Shown here piece after piece: positions 51,250-62,850 of a stretch of 64,000 bases of DNA. Where the stretch lies: assembly GCA_964016885.1 (NCBI GenBank), contig OZ024740.1, positions 370,140,001 to 370,204,000 of the forward strand, read 5' to 3'. The notes under the pieces were generated by a model. It did no database searches. It worked only from the letters and a program-made list of their open reading frames with translations, and was not told the DNA's origin. Position 1 is the stretch's first letter. Each line of letters starts with the position of its first letter. Source of the DNA: Eledone cirrhosa (taxonomy: Eukaryota). The translations under genes were made by a program, and so were the position numbers.

Positions 51250-52200
51250 ATCGATTACCTAGTCATATTTTATTGTTTTTTTCATAACCTTTTTTGTGAG
51301 TTATTTATACTGGGCAGCTAACCAAGACCTTCTGATTCTGCATTTAACCTAGAACATTTAAGATATAATAAGCTTTCACAGTGAAATACTTCTGTGTGGA
51401 ATTGTGGGGGTGCATTCTATTTTTTTCTTTAATGAATTATCTTTTGATATTATTGATTTATTTTCAACCTGTTATATTTGTTCCTGATATAAACATTTTT
51501 TAAACTCTGATATGTTTTCCTAATGTAAACTTTTTTTAGTCAAGTTAGCCATATATCTGTATTCTATTCTCTCTGATTCTTTGTATATATACTAACGTGT
51601 GTGTATTAGTTATATTTTCTTCAAGCGAATCTGTAACTCTCTGCTTGCTACTACGCATTTTTCCAGAACAACTGTTGTTACTTTGTAATAACTTTCTGTT
51701 GGTATTAGACCACCTTCTTTCTTTGGGCGTGATAAAATTATATTTCATGTACTAATATAAGGCTATTAGCTTCAGAATGATACTAGTAGTGTTCTATTTT
51801 TATGTCTATGCATATTTATTATGTTTACTTTATGTTTGGAATGGCTGATATATATAAAAATATCTTATTTCTAGCATTGATTTGTTATGTATTTAGTATT
51901 ATTCTGCGTCTTCCATAATAACCTTTCCGAATATTTTCAATTTCTGTGTGTTCTATCTCATCAGATCCATCTAATTTTAAGTACTTGTGTTGTTCATTCT
52001 GGTTTCTGCGTCTGGATGAAAGGTAATATGAAATGTAATATTTTGAGCTTGAGGTGATTTACCTATTTATAGTATTCATCACAGATATATCTGGTCACAT
52101 TCATTTTTATGTTTTGGCTGAGTTTATGTTTAAATATTATCGTTAATATGGTTTGTCTTTCTGAGAGGAATAATGTTTTAATATGTACATCTACAATACA
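51250..52200 (-). mobile_element. Decayed R4/Dong-like non-LTR RT fragment
   Basis: - strand HKYLKL...IRKGYYGRRRIILNT.QINARNK...AIP, resembling the post-YKYLG region of R4/Dong proteins. Confidence 0.5.
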
Positions 52201-52671
52201 TTTCGATCAGTGATCAAGCCGATCGAAATATAGTAAACATGAATATATTGAAAACACATTCTTACCTCTAAACGTGAAATAATTAACTTGAAACATTTGA
52301 ATAAAATTTATGTAATTAGTCTTGGACATGGTTTATAATTTGTTCGTACCTTCATAAATACAAGTGATTTCCTTTATAAATACCTCACAAAATAAATGTT
52401 GCGATAGTCCCACGTACCATCATGGAGCATATAGCTGCCTTAAAATTACAGAAACTGAAATACATATTTAACTCCACAGATCGTTATCATTTATTGTGAT
52501 AAATAAGGTAGTATCACTGAAAGTGTTGACGGCAGACTCATGGGTAAGATGTGCCTCACTTTCTTTGGATTAATACTTTGATTCCACATATCAAATGTTT
52601 TAGTGATAGAAATCCTACATGGTTAATATAGAAATTATACTTATATGCTTCACGACATATACTTATGTTTC

Positions 52672-52825
52672 TTTACGTTCTGAGTTCAAATCCCACCGAG
52701 GTTAGCTTTGCCTTTCATCCTTACGGGGGGGATAAAATAAATACCCGTAACCCACTGGGGTTCATTTAATCGACTTACACCTTCCCGAAAACTTGTTGGC
52801 ATTGTATCTAAATCAGAAACTATTA
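52672..52825 (+). mobile_element. Older, longer SINE subfamily
   Basis: B-box and core plus an extra ggggttcatttaatcgacttac segment; 3' AGAAACTATTATT. Confidence 0.75.
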
Positions 52826-53089
52826 TTGTTATTAATAATATTGGTGATTGAATCTAGAAGACGTGCTATTTGAGCTCAAGTAAATTTATTAATTTAACGT
52901 ATTTGAATTTTGTTGTTGTTAGGTATTTATTATAAAAGGAACATAAGGCTTTAGTTTATTTGACATTAAGAAGAGAGACCCCATACAAATATGTCAACTC
53001 TTATTTTTTCAATTTTAACCTCACAGGCGCTTTTTGTAAAAATGGAGGCGATACATCACCTACTTACAACCTAAGAGCCAAATGTGTGC

Positions 53090-53470
53090 GACACCAACAT
53101 CACCACTGTCACCACCACTCCTACAGACAACAAGGCCACCGTCACCCACAACTTCAACAGCAGTAGCAGCAGCAATGGTAACGACAACAAAAACAGCAAC
53201 AACAACAATAACAGCTCAACAAATGAGAAAGAACTATGGAACAAATTTCCCGCTGCAAAAAATGTCAACACACTTATCCCTGTCAACAGAAAATAGTATC
53301 GACAAAAAGGAATATTAGCAGAACACTTTCTCCTCCACTAACACAACTACCATCCACCAACACCATGGCAACAACATCCACGACCACCACCATGGCAATA
53401 ACAAATATAACAGAAGCAACAAAAAAAAACAACAGTAACACAGGCAACAATGACAACAAATTGACAGTGA
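53090..53470. repeat. CAA/CAC/CAG low-complexity tract
   Basis: Degenerate trinucleotide repeats. Confidence 0.8.
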
Positions 53471-53489
53471 GAAAGAGATATAGAAGAAG

Positions 53490-53650
53490 AATCCACTCCA
53501 GTCCTACACTGGTACATTTTTTTACTGACCTCGAATGAAAGAAAGGAAAAGTTGATCTCGGCGAGATTTGAAGTGCTAGAGCAGAGAACCGAAACCAATA
53601 CCGCAAAGTATTCTGTCCGATGTTCTAACAATCCTGCTATTTGGCCACCT
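53490..53650 (-). mobile_element. Highly decayed SINE
   Basis: ctggtac...gaaaggaaaagttgatctcggcgagatttgaa. Confidence 0.6.
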
Positions 53651-54096
53651 ATGAATAACATTATGGAAGCATAACATTATTTATTCAGTATTTCAAAAGC
53701 TATTTTCTTTCCATTACTCCCCGTATCCACTTGACAATAGAGGTTATAAGCCTTTTTATGCTATGCTGATTTCAGGAAAATTAATGAGCAGAATGTGACT
53801 TTAATTTTAAAGGTCGGTGAACTGAAAACCAAGAAAATGAGTAATTGTATGCAAAAATATAAAGAAGAAATGTTTACATGTCAGTAAACATCGTTCGTAT
53901 TGTTTGATTCGCAGCGATCATTTTAGGTCAGACGAAATTAATTGTAGAAATTATTAAATGATTGGGTGGTTTGAAGTGAAAAAGCACATAAATTATATAT
54001 CACTGATGTTTACGTCAAAACTAGCTGCTGTAGGATTTGGATTGCCAGTTAAAGGGCCGGGAGTTTGTATCTCATTAACAGTACCGCATTGACATT

Positions 54097-54288
54097 GGTG
54101 AATTGGCAGTATCGATAGAGGGTCGGACGCCATGCTTTGACGCATTGAATTACGGCCCTTGCAATTCTGTGTTCAAATCCCGCCAAGGTTAACCTTGCGT
54201 TTCATCGTTAAGGGGTCGATAAAATAAAGTACCAGTAATACACTGGGTAATTGCTGGCCTTGTGCCAATAGTAGAAACAATTATTATT
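54097..54288 (+). mobile_element. tRNA-derived SINE (subfamily of the 6843 copy)
   Basis: Shares gaattacggcccttgcaattct with 6843; 3' ACAATTATTATT. Confidence 0.9.
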
Positions 54289-56478
54289 AGAGACTTGCCT
54301 GTAAATGATTTTAGTGGTTAGTGGGTGGCAATGAAATTTTACTAGCGTTTGTTTTACTAACTTTATATCTAATGTTTTAGCAGTAGCTTTTACTACAGAG
54401 TTCAAATACACCTAATAGACAATCAATCATACAAGTGTACCCTCCAGCGACTCTTATCCATCACTATTTGAAAAAGGAATTACTTTCAAGAACATAAAGA
54501 GGTTAAGGTGGGGTTTAAGCTTACTATATATGAAATTACATAACAAAGCAACTGTCACTGTTTAATACTCCTTTTAATTTTACACCTTTACATGATAAAC
54601 ATTTTTCATTGTTCGAAAAATAGAAAAAAGGCCCCTGAAAGCATCTACTAGTAAGACCTTACGTTAAGAAAACTTAGCAAGATTATTTATTCAGTATGTG
54701 ACAATCGTAAAGTGGAAGGTCAAGTAAATCCCTATAAATAATTTCGACAAGGAATAATATAAGATTATTTCCCCCATTCTACCCCGTAAATCCTTATTAG
54801 TTCCTCATCACCCATCTCATCACACATGACAATCTTTTTCCACACCTACCGATTGGTGTTGATTGTTGCTGATGTTGATACTATTTGTGTAGCACCAATT
54901 CAATTCTGACTGACCAATCCTATGGCCAAAGCAGTTCCAAATATAACCATACCGCCATTGTTTTAGATATGGGATTATAGTATCCAATGTGCTCTTCTCT
55001 TTACTCAGACGATAGGCTGATATTTATGGTAAATATCTTTACTAGTTCTAGCAAGTCAAATGACCTCGTAGAGGCTCACTCATCGGTTCGTTCGCTGTTT
55101 TGTTTGTCTCACACGTTTTACTGGTATTCGCTAAATGTTCAGTATTGATAATGCCTACCGTTGATAATGCCTACATGTTGGAATCGTTTCAACCATATTA
55201 TTTTTCGGCTGACCTTTGTGCTAAAAGACGTGTACATAGTTAGTATAACAAAATTCAAAATTCTATGCATGTATTAGTTGACCCATAATATTTAGAGGTT
55301 TCCGTATGGGCATCGCATTTGGAAGAAAGTCATTACATCCCAATCAAGCTGGAGTAAAAACAATCTTTACGAAACCAAGATTGTAGATCAGTTTCAATTT
55401 ACCTACGTATGCTTACGTATGCTTTGGAAAACAATCATAAATATTTTGATATTCCTTTGACATCTTTTACAACTAAAAACATAATGTCTATATTTAGAGC
55501 TATAAGTGGGGTTTAGCAAGTGCGGCTAATTAGAAGACATTTTGTGAGGATTTTTTGTGAGATAGTTCCGCCTCGTCGTTGTAGCCATGTTAATGATTCC
55601 TCGTTGTCTCTTAGAAATATATGTTTGATAGAGTTCGCAACCAATCATACACACTCATTTAAAGATATAATGAAATGCATACTTAATGACTACGGACACA
55701 ATTATAGTGTATTACTTTTGCTCTCCGTTTAGCTGTACACCAATATTGTTAGATGAAATACCATCGCAGATATGCGCACGTATAGATATACATACACATA
55801 CATACTATCTGTGTTTGTTAAAAATGCCAAGGTAATAAGAAAGTAGAATAAAAAGAACACAGTGAAGTAAAGTAAAAGAGTGAGGACGGTAGGACGTTGC
55901 TTTAGCTATTGTTAATGATCCCAAATATTTTTCGGATTTGCCATTCATTATCAAGGGGAGCCAAGAGAGAAACCTGAGAAATATTGTAGGTGGTTGTTCG
56001 ATATATTTTTGAATAAAAAAATAAACGTTAAAATTCAATGTTGTTTGCGCATGTGTGTAAGAAGAACGTGTATGAGCATGTATGATATGTGTGCATGGGT
56101 GCGTGGGTATAAGCGTGCATATGTAGTGAAGAACATATTTGTAAGCGATAAAGAAGTAAAGGTGTGTAACCAGAGTTTGATCTGAAACATTTTTGCTGTT
56201 AGCTGATCACACAAAGCCACTAGGGAATTTGTCTGCTGCTACCTATAGTCGCGCCTAACTAGGTAGGAAACGAGCGTTCGTTGGACCGGACAGCTGGGGT
56301 GCTGGCACTATGGCATATTTAGATTTGACAAGTTAAATAAGTCATTGTGCCGCATTTTTTTCTATTCTGTTATTAATGTGAGTGAGTGGCAGCTATAGTT
56401 GCATACTTATTATTTGTATCTCATATTCCAGAATGCTTCAAGTAAACTACCACACATTACACACACAGGCACACACGG

Positions 56479-56531
<53 letters not shown>

Positions 56532-56534
<3 letters not shown>

Positions 56535-56672
56535 CGAAGGAGGTGTGGTAAGGAACCAGATGGACCATACCGCACCAGGCTACTTAATACTTAGGGTAGT
56601 AGAGTGGGTAATAGGAAAATGTTTAACCCCGACGACAGAGCTGAAGCCGTCAGTGTTAAACATTTTCCAATA
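56532..56672. mobile_element. Family A variant insertion
   Basis: Tail arm on -, ~17-bp inverted short arm. Confidence 0.8.
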
Positions 56673-56704
<32 letters not shown>

Positions 56705-56708
<4 letters not shown>

Positions 56709-56758
56709 AGTATGTATGTATACGTACATACATATATGTATACAGACGCACAGTAGCA

Positions 56759-56806
<48 letters not shown>

Positions 56807-56944
56807 AAGGTACACATACATATATGCACGCATCAGTTTAGCGGACGCTTATTATAACGCCGCTTTGTTCGTTTGTAAACAAACTGAACAGCCTGAATTT
56901 ATGCGTCCGCTAAACTGATGCGTGCATATATGTATGTGTACCTG

Positions 56945-57036
<92 letters not shown>

Positions 57037-57465
57037 TGCTACTGTGCGTCTGTATACATATATGTATGTACGTATACATACATACTTACATTTAAGTAAG
57101 TGCCATACTAAGAGTGAGAAATGAAATTTCGTTTTCATTTTATTTCAACTTATCGTTTTCGGTATGCCTGACCGATTTAACTCACTCAATATGCAAATTA
57201 GGCTGCTCAGCCGTTAATTTCCATAAGGAAAGTATATACTTTCGAACGTTCAACTATCTGGCAGATGGGTATACGGTGCTGATGATAGCTAACAAGCTTG
57301 AAACTAGTACATCGTTCCTGTGTCAGTGTTGAACAAAAAGGTGACGTGGTTGCCTTAACACCGTATGGCATAAATTCAGGCTGTTCAGTTTGTTTACAAA
57401 CGAACAAAGCGGCGTTATAATAAGCGTCCGCTAAACTGATGCGTGCATATATGTATGTGTACCTG

Positions 57466-57505
<40 letters not shown>

Positions 57506-57620
57506 TGCTACTGTGCGTCTGTATACATATATGTATGTACGTATACATACATACTTACATTTAAGTAAGTGCCATACTAAGAGTGAGAAATGAAATTTCG
57601 TTTTCATTTTATTTCAACTG
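56705..57620 (+). mobile_element. Family K second subfamily: inverted arm plus ~1.4 tandem units
   Basis: 56705-56902 inverted; gcgtccgctaaac at 56903 and 57424; same short and long ends as 41750-43975. Confidence 0.88.
57273..57315 (+). ncRNA. Minimal type I hammerhead ribozyme, family K2
   Basis: acggtg CTGATGA tagct aaca agctt GAAA CTAG TA catcgt. Confidence 0.9.
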
Positions 57621-57644
57621 ATATATATATATATATATATATAT

Positions 57645-57730
<86 letters not shown>

Positions 57731-58957
57731 AGGGAGAGAGATATATAATATAAATAGTTTTATCGCTCTACATGGCTGAATACAAGAAATGCAAATCTGA
57801 GTTTTTCAAATGTTGATAATAATATTCGATTCGTTTGCAATTATGCAAACATCATCTTATACCATGTCAGTAGAATCATCTCGTTATTCTTGTGTTGGCA
57901 TGCAAACAGAACGTCAGACACTAATATTTCTGGGTGATTACCCTTCATCAATACCGTATACTATTTACCTGCCAACTGTCAGAGCCAGTGAAAATATATA
58001 TTTTCTGGAATATACAGTGACAGTTCGGCCTGATTTGCATCCGAATCTAATATTATCATTAATATTCGAATAACACAGATTTACATTTCTGTGGGTGTGT
58101 GTGTGTATGTGTGTATGTGTGCTTGTGTGTGTTTAGAGAGGAGAGCGAGAGAGAGAGAGAGAAAGAGTGAGGCGAGATATATATTTATACATACATACAT
58201 TTCAAAAACTGGCACTCCATCGATTACAACGATTAATGTTCCTGTTGATATGATGTCGTGAAATTAACCTCAACTTGGCTGAGCATTTCACAGCCACGAG
58301 TAACCATAACGTTTTTCTTATGTGATCCAGTGTAACACGGCTGAGAAAACTGGAGAACCATGAAACAAAATGTCTTGCTCAATAACACAACGCGCCGCCG
58401 AGAATCGAACTTACGACCTTATGAACATTAGCTGAAATCCCTATCCACTACGCCATGCAACTTCATAGATAGATAGATTGGTATGTCCAAATATTAATTA
58501 CAGATGTTTATGTCTCTCAATTTACAGGGAACTACATATATATGGTATGTTTACATATCTATATATGAAGGATTTACAAATGTATATACATATTTACGCA
58601 GACTCGAACATGTCAATTCTATATAGAGAGAGACAATTTTATTGTACTCTTGCTTGCTTAGCACCCAGCTTAATAAACAACCGGCAAGAGCGCTTATAAT
58701 ATACAAGGGCAACCATTTCAAGATACGTCTATAAGTGATAGGGTATATAATCCCAACGATTACGTATTTCCTTGCGGTTCTTTTGATGATATCAATGCCT
58801 TCTGGTAAAAAGGGCCCGCCTACGGCCGAAATTCGTTTAAATGTGTTTAGCATGTTCTTGAATGTCTTCAGAGAAATACGTATATTTAGATTAAATTATA
58901 TCGAGAATATTTATATTTAAATTTATTTACACATTTACGCAGATTCGTTTGCTTCTC

Positions 58958-59043
<86 letters not shown>

Positions 59044-59111
59044 GAAACTTGGATGGGAACGAAAACAGAGAGGCAGACATATATATATATAAATACAGGT
59101 GTAACTTCCAG

Positions 59112-59183
<72 letters not shown>

Positions 59184-59189
<6 letters not shown>

Positions 59190-59386
59190 CGTGAGGTTTT
59201 TTTTACAAATTGAAAAGTAACCGAGGTGTCCTACACGAGTGAAAGTATAAAGAAAAAGAGATGAAATCGAAAATGCACTGGAGTCTTATTTTTTTTTTAA
59301 ATATATATATTTATTTGGTTCCTTTACCGGTTTCGCAGTTCTTCTGCTTTTCAAAAGTAGAGTTGAGATGGAGGGTCTGTGGTTTT

Positions 59387-59391
<5 letters not shown>
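59184..59391 (-). mobile_element. Family B long-end fragment
   Basis: Homologous to 18997-19205. Confidence 0.85.
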
Positions 59392-59429
<38 letters not shown>

Positions 59430-59435
<6 letters not shown>

Positions 59436-59657
59436 TACAAATATGTCATGTATCATTATATGTCATATTTTGTCTGATGAGGACGTACTGTTGTACATCC
59501 GGAATATGTATAATACAATGTAATTGATCAAAAGAACATCTATTTTATTAATATTTGTATTTTAATATTAAAAACTCTGGAGAATATTTTTCGTAGAGTG
59601 CTTCCAATCTACTGTAAAACTCATACTTTGATATATTCATTGAATCTTGTTTAACTC

Positions 59658-59662
<5 letters not shown>
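59430..59662 (+). mobile_element. Family E-related insertion with HHR
   Basis: CTGATGA ggacgtac tgtt gtacatcc GGAA at 59474-59504; 14-bp inverted arm taaaatacaaatat versus 59551-59564. Confidence 0.7.
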
Positions 59663-59698
<36 letters not shown>

Positions 59699-59907
59699 CT
59701 GGGCATGGTGGGAATTTTCCCATGCCCAGCCAGAAATCCTCTATATATATATATGTATATATACACACACACATATATATATATATATATATTAATAAAA
59801 GGAATTCCAACTTTGTCTGATTTACTCGTTTTATTTACAATCCTTTAAAATGTATAATGGTATTAGAATGAAATAGTATGGTAGAATATTAAATGTTAAG
59901 TGTTAAT

Positions 59908-59946
59908 TGAACAAGTACTTTCATGCTTTCGCAATCTTCAGGTTCA
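59908..59946 (-). ncRNA. Minimal type I hammerhead ribozyme
   Basis: tgaac CTGAAGA ttgc gaaa gcat GAAA GTAC TT gttca. Confidence 0.85.
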
Positions 59947-60298
59947 TATTCTGTGGTGACAGTCAAGTTTGCAATTTTCAACTGTAATGAGATGGGTAAA
60001 TTTTGTGCCTTATATTCAATGAAAACCGGCTACAGAATGCTAAATCTTTCAAACTGTATTTCGACCAATCGGTGTGTAGTTTCACTGGATTACTAAAGCT
60101 GATTGGTTTAGGCCTCACGGTTGGTTGAGCATGTCTAACGACTACTAATTGTCCAAAGCACCAATTGTTTTGCTATTTTTAGAAATGATGAAAATAGCAT
60201 TTTCTAGTAATCATCACCATCAACATCACTTTTATTATTATTATTGTTGTTAGTGGCCGAAGTCATATTCATAGTAGGATTAATACCCCATTATTATT

Positions 60299-60411
60299 GT
60301 TCAAATCCCGCCGAGGTTAACTTTGCCTTTCATCCTTACGGGGTCGATAAAATAAAGTACCAGTAATGCACTGGGTATTTGCTGGCCTTGTGCCAAAAGT
60401 AGAAACAATTA
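60299..60411 (+). mobile_element. 5'-truncated SINE at the Neptune stop codon
   Basis: TSD attattgttca overlaps the B-box GTTCA. Confidence 0.9.
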
Positions 60412-62645
60412 TTGTTCATTTAGCTTGGGTTGGAATTTATCAATAAAATTCTTTTCTTTGATTTTTCTCTTGATTTCACTTGGGCTGTGTAATTTGTAGA
60501 ATGGAAATATTATAAATATTCTCTGGCCACAAGTTGCTAGATGGTTACTCAGGGGTGTCTGATGGACATTTGGGTCTCTGATTTGCTGTCGGTGTACTCG
60601 TGCACGTTCCGATAGTGCATTTCCAGTTTGACCGACATATACTTCTTCACAATTCGGGCATTTAATGCAGTAAATTAGATTTCTGCTTTTGCAATTCATA
60701 TTTGCATTTGGGAATATTTTTCCAGGTTTTGTTTTCATATATTGACCGGCATGTATGGATTGACATGTGCCACATCGACTATCATTGCATTTAGATACAG
60801 TAAATGATTGGTCTTTGTTGTTAAGATCAAACTTTGCTTTTGTTAGTAATTGCTTCAAATTGTTCGGCTGTCTTTTACTAAGATCGATCTGTGATTAAGC
60901 CTTTTAATTCATTACTTTGAGCAATGATCGGTAGATTTGCTTTGGCAGTGTTGAAGATATTCTGGTGACATGGGTTGTGTGTCATTATAAATGGTATGAC
61001 CAGTTCTTGGTTTCTTCTTCCTTGGGTTGTCCTAAGTTGTTGTATAGGTATTTTTATAGCCCGCTGTATGCCACTTTCTATAAGTAGAGATGGGGATTTT
61101 TGTTTGAGCAAAAATTCTCTTAGTTCTGTTAGGCGTTTGTTCCTGGTAGTCGTATCTTCTACAATGGTACAAATTCTTCTGGCTAGGCAGTATGGGATGT
61201 TGCCTTTTGTATGAGGTGGATGGCACGACTTAAAATCCAGATATTGATTGGGTGTCTGTGTGTTTATAATATATATCCGTGGTGATGGTGGTGTCGTTTT
61301 TGATTACCATTATATCTAGGAATGGTAATTTGGTACTACTCATCTCTTTTGTGAATTGGAGAGATGGGTGTAGGTTATTCAGGAGGATATTGTAGGTTAT
61401 TCCAGAGTATCTAGAGATTCTGTCCAGATGATGAAACAGTCGTCAAGGTATCTCTTCCAAGATTTTTCAATGTACTTTCTAAAGTCAGTACTATATTTTA
61501 CTCTATTTCATGGTAGAGTTGTTGTTCTAAGTATCCCATTACAGAGTTCGCGTAAACGGGAGCAAACTTCGACCCATCGCTGTGCCTCTAATTTGGATGT
61601 AATTCTTTCCATTGAAGAAGAAAGTGTTGTTTTCCAGAATAAGTTTGACTGCGTCTAATATAAATGGCACTGTGAATCTGATGGGAATCACTTCTCTATG
61701 TTTTTCCACCCAGTATTTAACCGCCTTTATTCCTAAATCATGTGTAATGTTGGTGTAAAGGCTTACCACTTCAAAACTAAGTAGAAGTGAATTCGTTTCC
61801 GTGGTTTTGGGAAGATGGGACAGGAAGTCGATATCATCCCGGATGAAACATGGGTATGTGAATACATAGTGGTTTAAAAATAATGTCAACAAAATTGCTT
61901 AGACGGTAGGTGGGCATGTTGGACCAGCTATAATAGGTCTAAGTTTTAAGTCTTTTGGGTGTAGTAATTTAATGTACTCACTGTTTTGTTCTTTTACTGC
62001 CAGTTGTATTTCTTTTGACTTATGAACTTTCGGTAGACCATACAGGTTGCTGGGTTTGGGCTCAAAATTGGTGTTGTTGTCTCTTTCCTTATCAGTAAGT
62101 GAGTTGTGGTATTTTCAAGCCAGGTTGTTGATCTTCTTCATGATGTTGTGGTCTATATTTGATGGTATTTCATGATAGAATGTTGTGTCTTTCAGTTGTT
62201 CCTCAACCAAATCTTTGTAGTATTCAGCATCCATTATAACAACTGCACCCCCTTTATCTGCTTGTTTAATTATTATTGTTTTAGCATTTTGTATACGTTT
62301 AAGTGCAGACATTTCTGATTTGGTAATGTTTGGCCTGACATTAGTATTACGTCTAAGAGGAAATTTAGACAGGATGACAATGTATTGGTCGAGATAGATA
62401 TTTCTTCATTTTGGCGGAGTGAAATTTGATTTATTCTTTACTAGTGATTCATAATTCTCATTACTTTTAACAGCGAAGAATTCTACAAGACGTAATTTTC
62501 GACAGTATTCTTGGGTATCCTCCTTCAGTTCTTGGTGGTTGACTGTTGGAGTCGGTGTGAATTTCAGTCCTTTTGACAGAATTTGCATTTCATCATTGTC
62601 AAGATCTCTTTTGGATAAATTATATATATATAGTAATAATAGTAA

Positions 62646-62752
62646 TAATTATTTCTACTTTAGGCACAAGGCCAGCAATTAACCAGTGCATTACTGGTAC
62701 TTTATTTTATCGACCCCTTAAGGATTAAAGGCAAAGTCAACCTCGAGGGATT
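62646..62752 (-). mobile_element. 5'-truncated SINE
   Basis: TSD attattacta (- strand), then ATCCC. Confidence 0.88.
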
Positions 62753-62808
62753 AGTAATAATAATAAATTATATATATATATATGCCTGAGGTTCGATATT
62801 TATATGTT

Positions 62809-62847
<39 letters not shown>

Positions 62848-62850
<3 letters not shown>

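Larger units (their letters stand above)
59792..62620 (-). mobile_element. Neptune-type PLE, nearly full length, disrupted
   Basis: LSKGLKFTPTP, KQADKGGAVV, LRPIIAG, FEVVSLYTNI, GTAMG, RYLDD, KCNDSRCGTC, LIY...YVGQT. Confidence 0.92.

Noticed and set aside
53082-53661. Cluster of Thr/Asn/Gln-rich ORFs
   Set aside because: Explained by CAA/CAC low-complexity sequence and a decayed SINE
58551-58920. 100-aa - strand ORF with a hydrophobic stretch, possible host exon
   Set aside because: No recognisable domain, no convincing splice pair and an overlapping opposite-strand ORF; needs BLASTX or RNA-seq
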